Position numbers and translations under genes: made by a program
Shown: positions 55,719-62,355 of the stretch, one piece after another
Numbering within the stretch: the stretch's first letter is position 1
How the letters are laid out: the number at the start of each line of letters is the position of its first letter
Assembly (NCBI GenBank): GCA_041576165.1
Contig: JBFGLM010000027.1
Location: 1-62,355 of the forward strand
Length of the DNA stretch: 62,355 bases
Reading direction: 5' to 3'
Source: Acidimicrobiia bacterium
GTDB taxonomy: Bacteria > Actinomycetota > Acidimicrobiia > Spongiisociales > Spongiisociaceae
The notes under the pieces: generated by a model
Databases searched by the model: none
What the model was told of the DNA's origin: nothing
Seen by the model: only the letters and a program-made list of their open reading frames with translations

Positions 55719-56695
55719 CGGACCGGACCGTGTCTCCCGAGGTTGGTCGCCGGCTCCATGCCACCATGGTCCTCATCCGCGTGTTTGAGACGAGGGTGGA
55801 GGAGCTCTTCAGGGTGGGCGAACTTCCGGGCTTCGTGCACACATATCTGGGCGAGGAGGCGATCGCCGCCGGAGTGTGCGCGGCCCTCCGCGAGGACGAC
55901 TACATCACTTCGACGCACCGGGGCCACGGACACGCGATCGCCAAAGGCATGGATCCCAAGGCGATCATGGCTGAGCTGTACGGAAAAGAGACGGGCGCCT
56001 GCCGGGGTCGAGGCGGCTCGATGCACGTCGCCGATTTTTCGATCGGGATGCTGGGCGCCAACGGTATCGTCGCCGGCGGCTTGGGAATCGCAGCTGGGGC
56101 CGCTTTGTCCGCACGGGCCCGAGGGTCAGACCGGGTTGCGGTCGCCTTCTTCGGCGACGGCGGTATCAACAAAGGCACGTTCCACGAAGCCCTGAACTTC
56201 GCGGCCGTGCACCGCCTGCCCGTCGTGTTCGCATGCGAGAACAACCAGTACGCGCAGTTCACAGCACGGGAGCGCACGACGGCGGTCGAGGATCTGGCGA
56301 TGCGGGCCACCGCCTACGGAGTACCGGGAATCACCATCGACGGCAACGACGTCGCCGCCACCCACCTCGAAACCGCGGCAGCCGTGGCCGCTGCTCGCCG
56401 CGGACTTGGGCCTGCCCTCCTCAACATGGAGACGTACCGGTATGGCGGGCACTACGTCGGCGACGCCGAGGTCTATCGAGACGCCGCCGAAGTCGATGCC
56501 CGGCGGCGGGACGATCCCATCGAACGCTGGGAGGCAAATCTGCAGGAACGCGGCTGGATCGACGCAAGGGCCATCGAAGCGGTGTGGGAGTCTGCCCGCG
56601 ACACCGTGGCAGAAGCTGAGGCTTTCGCCGCGTCGAGTCCCGATCCCGCTCCTGACACGGCCCTCGACGCCGTCTTCAGCGATGGGCCGCCATGA
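55715..56695 (+). CDS. TPP-dependent dehydrogenase E1 alpha subunit (AcoA/PdhA-like)
   Basis: R.FE, GF.H.Y.GEEA, STHRGHGH, GRGGSMH, FFGDG...G.FHE.LN, ENNQY, TYR..GH. Confidence 0.95.
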   Translation: MTDRTVSPEVGRRLHATMVLIRVFETRVEELFRVGELPGFVHTYLGEEAIAAGVCAALREDDYITSTHRGHGHAIAKGMDPKAIMAELYGKETGACRGRGGSMHVADFSIGMLGANGIVAGGLGIAAGAALSARARGSDRVAVAFFGDGGINKGTFHEALNFAAVHRLPVVFACENNQYAQFTARERTTAVEDLAMRATAYGVPGITIDGNDVAATHLETAAAVAAARRGLGPALLNMETYRYGGHYVGDAEVYRDAAEVDARRRDDPIERWEANLQERGWIDARAIEAVWESARDTVAEAEAFAASSPDPAPDTALDAVFSDGPP

Positions 56696-57672
56696 CCGAG
56701 CAGCGTATGACCTTCGGCCAGGCCACGGTCGACGCGACCCGGTCCGCGATGCGAGAAAACGAACGGGTGATCGTGCTGGGTGAAGATATCTCGTGGGGCG
56801 GCAACTTCGGACAATTCCGGGGACTCGTCGACGAGTTCGGTCCCGACCGTGTGATCGACATGCCCATCTCCGAGGCGATCATCATGGCCACCGCGGTTGG
56901 TGCCGCGATCACCGGTATGCGGCCTGTGGCGTCGATGAGCTTCGTCGAGTTCACGCTCGGCGCCATGGACGAGATCGTCAACCAGGCGTCCAAGTTCAGG
57001 TACATGTTCGGTGGCCAGGTCTCGGTTCCCCTGGTGTTGCGAGCGTCGGACGGAATACTGCGATCGTCGGCGGGCCAGCACTCGTCAAGCCTCGAAGGCC
57101 TGTTCACCCACATTCCGGGACTCAAAGTAGTGGCGCCCTCCAATCCGGCCGATGCCAAGGGGCTGCTGCGGTCGGCGATCGACGACGACGATCCAGTCAT
57201 CTACCTCGAAAACAAGAGGATCACCGCCAAGCGCGGGCAAGTCCCGACCGGAGACCACCGTGTGCCGCTCGGAGCGGCGGCCGTCCGCCGGGTCGGCACC
57301 CATGTCACGGTTGTCTCGTACTCGGTGATGGCGCTGCACGCCGCAGCCGCATGTGAAGAACTAGCCGAGGAAGGCATCGAGGCGGAACTGATCGATCTGC
57401 GTTCCCTCGTTCCATTCGACGCAGAGACCGTGCTCGAATCGGTGGCGAGGACGGGCCGGTTAGTCATGGCGCACGAGGCCTGGACGTTCGGCGGCTTCGG
57501 CGCCGAGGTGGTGGCGGCTGTGACAGAGAACGTGTTCGATCGCCTCAAGGCGGCCCCGGCCCGGGTGGGGGCGGCCCCGGCCCCGATCCCCTTCAGCCCG
57601 CCCCTCGAAGCAGCGGTGGTGCCTGGTCCCGACGCGGTGACGGACGCTGTTCGCCGGGTCATGTCCGACTGA
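56692..57672 (+). CDS. TPP-dependent dehydrogenase E1 beta subunit (AcoB/PdhB-like)
   Basis: GEDI, FG..RVID.PISE, G.RPV, DEIVNQA.K..YMFGG, QHS, PGLKVV.PS.P.DAKGLL, IDLRSL.P.D. Confidence 0.95.
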   Translation: MTEQRMTFGQATVDATRSAMRENERVIVLGEDISWGGNFGQFRGLVDEFGPDRVIDMPISEAIIMATAVGAAITGMRPVASMSFVEFTLGAMDEIVNQASKFRYMFGGQVSVPLVLRASDGILRSSAGQHSSSLEGLFTHIPGLKVVAPSNPADAKGLLRSAIDDDDPVIYLENKRITAKRGQVPTGDHRVPLGAAAVRRVGTHVTVVSYSVMALHAAAACEELAEEGIEAELIDLRSLVPFDAETVLESVARTGRLVMAHEAWTFGGFGAEVVAAVTENVFDRLKAAPARVGAAPAPIPFSPPLEAAVVPGPDAVTDAVRRVMSD

Positions 57673-58452
57673 TCAGCCTGTCTCGTCGACGTCGTTCCAG
57701 GTGGTGAGACCGGTCCCGCCCACCCGGTGATAGGCTATCGCCCGCTCCGACGATGACGATCCGGGTCCGGCGTGGTAGACGCCGGATGCCCGATGGACGT
57801 ACGAGCCCGGTAGGTAGACCTGTTCGATGGGGCGGCCCTCCACATTCTCGAGAACGGTGAACGACCCGTCCAGCACGAACATCTCCTCGGGCCCGTCGTG
57901 GTAGTGCCAGGGCCCCCCGTCATTCGCCCACTCCCTGGCGCCCGAGATATAGACCGCGCCCGCCGGACCTTGCGCGAGTTCACGTACGTACCGGCCCGGC
58001 AGCCGATCGACCGCCGCCCAGGTTTCTTCGGCCGCCCGGGCCACCTGCGGCTGGGCGAGCGCTCCCCCGGCCGATGTGTCGTAGCGGATGGGCGCGGAGG
58101 TCATGAGCAGCGCAACGGCCGGCGTGTCGGCGCGGAGCCCGCGTATGAGCTGACCGGCCCGCACGGCGAAGTAGTCGTACTGCCCGATCTCATGTCCGGC
58201 GACGGTGAGGCGGCCCTCGATCACAAACAACTCGATATCGGCGGTGAACGCGCCGGACTGTGCGGTGCCCCATCCCAGCGGCACACGCACCAACCGGGTC
58301 GCCGGCCCGGAGTGATCCTTCGACAGAATGCGCGCATCGAGCCTGCCGTCTAGTCCCGAGATCACCATCGTTCTGACCGGCAGATCGAAGTCGGCCGCCA
58401 CGATCAGCTGGTGATGCCGTCGATCGACGACTGCCGGATCGGACGTCGCCAT
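57673..58452 (-). CDS. Cupin-fold (ChrR/DUF4437-like) protein
   Basis: Two cupin-like repeats: ELFV.EG.L...G.YDY and HYH...EEMFVLDG...PGSYVHR..GVYH.GP. Confidence 0.7.
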   Translation of the reverse strand: MATSDPAVVDRRHHQLIVAADFDLPVRTMVISGLDGRLDARILSKDHSGPATRLVRVPLGWGTAQSGAFTADIELFVIEGRLTVAGHEIGQYDYFAVRAGQLIRGLRADTPAVALLMTSAPIRYDTSAGGALAQPQVARAAEETWAAVDRLPGRYVRELAQGPAGAVYISGAREWANDGGPWHYHDGPEEMFVLDGSFTVLENVEGRPIEQVYLPGSYVHRASGVYHAGPGSSSSERAIAYHRVGGTGLTTWNDVDETG

Positions 58453-59321
58453 CACGCAGTGCGCAGGACGGGGAGCACGTCCGCCGCCACTCGTTCGAGC
58501 ACCTCCCGCTGCCCCGGGGCCGGCTGGTCCATGATGAACTCGTTGATTCCGACCTCGACGTAGCGACCCACGACTTCTTCGAAGGCTCCCACACTCGACC
58601 ACGGGTCGGGCATCCCTTGCGCCTCCATCATGGACGACCAGCAGTAGAGCGAGCGCCGGATGGCGGCGCTCGCCCGGCCAACGTCCGAGCAATGCTCGTC
58701 CAGCAAGTTGTTTCGGGCTGCGATCTCGTCCACCGACCCGAATGAGTTCCAGCTATCGGCGTACTCCGCACAGATGCGCAGCATGCGGGTGCGATGGGCC
58801 CCGAGCACGAGTGGTGGCCGCGGCCGCTGGACTGGTCTGGGCCGGATCGAGGCGCCGTCGAGCTGATAGTGGGTTCCGGAGAACGAAACCGACTCATCCC
58901 GCAACAACGCGTCGAGCACCCGCACCGCCTCTTCGAATATGGCGACCCGCTTCCCCGGGTCGGGAAAGTCGATGCCGAAACGCTGATGCTCCGGGACATA
59001 CCAGCCGGCACCGAGCCCGAGCTCCAGCCGGCCGCCGGAGATGTGGTCGACGGTCGTTGCTTGCTGGGCGAGCAGCGCCGGATGCCGGAATGTGTTGGAG
59101 CTGACGAGTACCCCCAGCCGGATCGTCGAGGTCCGGGCCGCGAGCGCGGACAGAAGTGTCCAGCCTTCGAAATACGGCCCGTCGGGCTGGCTCGGTTGAT
59201 TGAAGTGATCGCAATCCCACACGCTGTCAAAGCCCAGCTCCTCGAACAGCTGCCAGCGGCGCGCTAGATCTTCAAACGGCTGGTTCTGATCCGTGCAGAT
59301 GCCGAATCGGATCACGACCAC
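58452..59321 (-). CDS. LLM class flavin/F420-dependent oxidoreductase
   Basis: ELGFDS.W.CDH, EGWT.L.ALAA.T..IRLG.LV..N.FRHPA.LA..A.T.DHIS.GRL.LG.GAGW..EH, PRP.Q.P.PP. Confidence 0.92.
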   Translation of the reverse strand: MVVIRFGICTDQNQPFEDLARRWQLFEELGFDSVWDCDHFNQPSQPDGPYFEGWTLLSALAARTSTIRLGVLVSSNTFRHPALLAQQATTVDHISGGRLELGLGAGWYVPEHQRFGIDFPDPGKRVAIFEEAVRVLDALLRDESVSFSGTHYQLDGASIRPRPVQRPRPPLVLGAHRTRMLRICAEYADSWNSFGSVDEIAARNNLLDEHCSDVGRASAAIRRSLYCWSSMMEAQGMPDPWSSVGAFEEVVGRYVEVGINEFIMDQPAPGQREVLERVAADVLPVLRTA

Positions 59322-59412
59322 GCAACCTCCCCGCCGTCGCGGACGCTGGCTCAGCCTACGGCGTGGGCGGCGCGAGGGTCGGCATAGATCGCGTCCAGGA
59401 TGGAATCCCGCC

Positions 59413-60138
59413 TCAGCCCATACCCGATCTGACCCGGTTGAAGTCGTTGAACGCGAAGAGGAGGAACAGGATCGGTGCGAACAAAAAGCCCCGCTGGAAG
59501 AACCAGATTGCAGCGACCACCGCGAAGATGATGCCGATGACCGCGGCGTGGAACGCCCCACGCGGTCCCAGGAATTTGACGAGCATTTCGCTGAGCATCC
59601 GTGATCCGTCGAGCCCGCCGATGGGGAGCCAGTTGACCAGGCCCCACACCACGCTCACCCAGATGAAGGTGCCTAGGAAAAACAGCCCGTACTCCCCCAG
59701 CCGGTCCATATCACCGAGAAAGATGCGCCACGGGGTTTCGATCAGGAGGTCGGCGAACCGACCGAACACGCCGGCCTTCACCAGCAGGAAGAGCCCCGCA
59801 GCGATGATGAGACCGGTCCCGGATCCGGCTGCTGCTACGAGGAAACGCTTGAAGCCGCTCATCTTCTTGGTTTCCCGCCACATGGTCACGCCGCCGAGGG
59901 CGTGGATCGTGATACCCGCGACCTGACCGCCGAAGGCCCGGGCGGTGAAGGCGTGGCCCAGCTCATGAATGAGCACCGACAGGAACGCGGCTGCGACCCA
60001 CAGGCCGATGGCGACGCCGCTCAGACCGCTGTCGATCACGAAGATCACGAGGATCAGGAACGTGAGCTGGATCTCGACGTCGAAGCCGAACAGACGGACT
60101 CTGAACACCTGGCTCCATGGATAGGGGGCTCTCAGCAT
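59413..60138 (-). CDS. Site-2 protease (peptidase M50) family membrane protein
   Basis: LIHELGHA, AAG, NWLPIGGLDG; multiple TM segments; start approximate. Confidence 0.88.
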   Translation of the reverse strand: MLRAPYPWSQVFRVRLFGFDVEIQLTFLILVIFVIDSGLSGVAIGLWVAAAFLSVLIHELGHAFTARAFGGQVAGITIHALGGVTMWRETKKMSGFKRFLVAAAGSGTGLIIAAGLFLLVKAGVFGRFADLLIETPWRIFLGDMDRLGEYGLFFLGTFIWVSVVWGLVNWLPIGGLDGSRMLSEMLVKFLGPRGAFHAAVIGIIFAVVAAIWFFQRGFLFAPILFLLFAFNDFNRVRSGMG

Positions 60139-60265
60139 ATTCGGGGTCGGACCTTTCGCGAACATTGGCGGTCCGGGGATGCGCAGGAAGACGGACAAGA
60201 TGCCTGCGTTGGGGCGACATGGCCGACGACAGGATGGTTGACTTCCTCCGACGCGGGAGGGAATC

Positions 60266-61837
60266 GTGCAGTACGACTTCATAGTGATCGGAGCCGGCTC
60301 GGCCGGATGCGTGCTGGCCAACCGGCTCAGCGCAGACCCCGCCCGCAGCGTGCTTGTCCTGGAAGCGGGCGGCTCAGACCGCAATCTGAATGTCAGGATT
60401 CCGGCTGCGTTCTACAAGCTGTTCAAGACGGGGCGCGACTGGGATTTCCATGCCGAGCCGGAAGCCAACCTGAAAGGCCGTGAGCTGTTCATTCCACGCG
60501 GGAAGATGCTGGGCGGCAGCTCGTCGATGAACGCCATGATCTACATCCGGGGCCGGCGAGAAGACTACGACGGCTGGGCGGCCGGCGGCTGCTCCGGGTG
60601 GAGCTACGACGAGGTTCTGCCCTTCTTCAAACGGTCGGAACACAATGAGCGGATCCACGACGAATACCACGGCGTGGGCGGTGAACTCAATGTCGCAGAT
60701 CTCATCAGTCCCAACCCGCTCAGTGAAGCGTTTGTGGACGCCGCCGCCGAGTGGGGCCTGGTCCGCAGCAGCGATTTCAACGGTGCCAGCCAATTGGGCG
60801 CGGGGCTGTACCAAGTGACCCAGAAGAACGCCGGCCGCTGGAGCGCGGCCAGTGCCTTCCTGAGGCCGGCCCTGAAACGCGACAACCTGACGCTGGTCAC
60901 AAACGCGCTCGTCACCAGGATCAACGTCGTCGAGGGCCGGGCGGTGTCGGTCGAGTACCAGGCGGGCGGTGACCTCGAGGTGGCGCATGCTGCGGGTGAG
61001 ATCGTGGTTTCGGCCGGCGCGATCAACTCGCCCCAGATCCTGATGCTCTCCGGCATAGGACCGGCCGCGCATCTTCGGGAAACGGGAATCGAGCCCGTGG
61101 TTGACCTTCCCGTCGGGCAAGGTCTGCAGGACCATCCGGCGGTACTCATGGCCTACGAGAGCACGGCAGCGGTCGGAATCGACGACGCCGAGAAACCCAG
61201 GTACCTGGTCGAATACGCCTTGCGCCAACGCGGAAAGCTGAGCTCGAACATCGGTGAGGCGGGGGGGTTCGTGCGGTCTCGCGACGACTTGGCGGTGGCC
61301 GATCTCCAATTCCATTTCGCTCCGGGTTACTTCCACAACCACGGATTCACCACTCGGGAGGGATTCGCGTTCTCGCTCGGCCCTACGCTCATATCGGTCG
61401 AGAGCCGCGGCCGGGTCCAGCTGCGGTCGGCCGATCCGTCAGAGCACGTACGGATCGAGGGCAACTATCTGGACTCGCGCGCCGATGTGGATTCCCTGAT
61501 AACCGGCGTCAAGATCGGGCGGGAGATCCTGGCCCAATCGGGGCTCGACCCGTTCCGAGGGGCCGAGCTGCACCCGGGACCGGACTACGCCTCGGACGCG
61601 GAAATCGAGGACTACATCCGCGAGGAAGTAGAGATGCTGTATCACCCCGTCGGCACCTGCGCGATGGGCCCCCCGGGTCGGGCCGTGGTGGATCCCGAGC
61701 TCCGTGTCAACGGCGTCGAGGCGTTGCGGGTGGCCGATGCTTCGATCATGCCCGCGATCGTGGGCGGCAACACCAATGCCCCGGCGATCATGATCGGAGA
61801 GAAGGCCGCCGACCTGATCTGGTCGGCGGCCTCCTGA
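60266..61837 (+). CDS. GMC oxidoreductase (choline dehydrogenase-like)
   Basis: YDFIVIGAGSAGCVLANRLS, RGK.LGGSSS.N.M.Y.RG, AGAINSPQ.LMLSGIG, LQDH, YHP.GTC.MG, RVADAS.MP, GNTNAP.IMI.EKA. Confidence 0.96.
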   Translation: MQYDFIVIGAGSAGCVLANRLSADPARSVLVLEAGGSDRNLNVRIPAAFYKLFKTGRDWDFHAEPEANLKGRELFIPRGKMLGGSSSMNAMIYIRGRREDYDGWAAGGCSGWSYDEVLPFFKRSEHNERIHDEYHGVGGELNVADLISPNPLSEAFVDAAAEWGLVRSSDFNGASQLGAGLYQVTQKNAGRWSAASAFLRPALKRDNLTLVTNALVTRINVVEGRAVSVEYQAGGDLEVAHAAGEIVVSAGAINSPQILMLSGIGPAAHLRETGIEPVVDLPVGQGLQDHPAVLMAYESTAAVGIDDAEKPRYLVEYALRQRGKLSSNIGEAGGFVRSRDDLAVADLQFHFAPGYFHNHGFTTREGFAFSLGPTLISVESRGRVQLRSADPSEHVRIEGNYLDSRADVDSLITGVKIGREILAQSGLDPFRGAELHPGPDYASDAEIEDYIREEVEMLYHPVGTCAMGPPGRAVVDPELRVNGVEALRVADASIMPAIVGGNTNAPAIMIGEKAADLIWSAAS

Positions 61838-61847
61838 CCGTGCGTAA

Positions 61848-62355
61848 TCACGCGTGGTCGTGGTCGGCCGGGGCCACCGGGGTGCCCGCCTGGGTCACCT
61901 CACTCGGTGCGTTGGCCGCGACCGGCTCACCTTCGACGATCACCGCCGTCACCATCCCGAACATGCCTTCTTCCCGTTCGACGTGGGTCAGGATGTGGCA
62001 GTGCCACGCCCACACGCCCGGATCGGTCGCCTGGAAGAGCACGGTGTAACGCTCACCCGGCGCCACGTTCAGTGTGTCGACCCAATACGGGTAGTCGAGC
62101 GGAATCCCATCCTTGGCGATCACCAACTGGGGGAACTGATGCATGTGCATCGGATGGATCTGAAGTCCCTCGTTGTAATAGTGGATCATGCCCCACTCGC
62201 CGGTCTGGAACACGTACGGTTCGGTGGCCGGGAAGGACTTGCCGTTGAGCGAGTATCCGATGACGCCGGCGTCGTTGAGCACCATCGGGATCTCCTGGGC
62301 GATCTCGAGATCGTTCGGGATCTCGACGCCGCTCACGGTTTGACCCCGGGGGATC
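61848..62355 (-). CDS. Multicopper oxidase domain protein (5'-truncated by the window edge)
   Basis: LNGKSFP, HPMHMH, DT.NVAPGERY, PG.WAWHCHILTH...GM; C-terminal DHDHA. Confidence 0.88.
   Translation of the reverse strand, partial: IPRGQTVSGVEIPNDLEIAQEIPMVLNDAGVIGYSLNGKSFPATEPYVFQTGEWGMIHYYNEGLQIHPMHMHQFPQLVIAKDGIPLDYPYWVDTLNVAPGERYTVLFQATDPGVWAWHCHILTHVEREEGMFGMVTAVIVEGEPVAANAPSEVTQAGTPVAPADHDHA

Overview
High-GC actinobacterial chromosome segment (WhiB1, DUF3107 and tRNA-Gln-glmU-prs; class Acidimicrobiia is plausible but inferred). The left ~23 kb is mostly core genes: an M20 peptidase fragment, an F420-type DDN reductase, tRNA-Arg(CCG), Ku and a stand-alone LigD ligase domain, whiB1, a LysM protein, an rsmI-abrB-tatD-rsmA-ispE-tRNA-Gln-glmU-prs block, a zincin lipoprotein, a B12-type radical SAM protein with a recoded UGA (C-U-A-E-P tail plus SECIS-like hairpin), a phosphosugar mutase, a Thr-rich lytic transglycosylase and a Rieske-TPP enzyme fusion. 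From ~24.1 to ~59.3 kb lies a ~35 kb uncharacterised catabolic island. It holds a GntR regulator, a complete peptide-type ABC importer, at least seven families of amide/ester hydrolases, paired paralogs (aminotransferase, RraA aldolase, PPOX-type flavin/F420 protein, CocE), and an E1alpha/E1beta dehydrogenase with a free-standing lipoyl domain but no E2 or E3. The window ends with a site-2 protease, a GMC oxidoreductase and a partial multicopper oxidase. Signals the ORF track does not show: selenocysteine read-through, an SDR gene with only an ACG start, an unannotated 57-aa zinc-finger ORF, a candidate C-rich-loop sRNA, a cluster of GAA-triloop mini-hairpin repeats, a Rex/CRP-type operator at whiB1, and a shared AT-rich motif at the island's divergent promoters. 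No CRISPR array, integrase or transposase was seen. All calls come from reading motifs by eye; no database searches were run.
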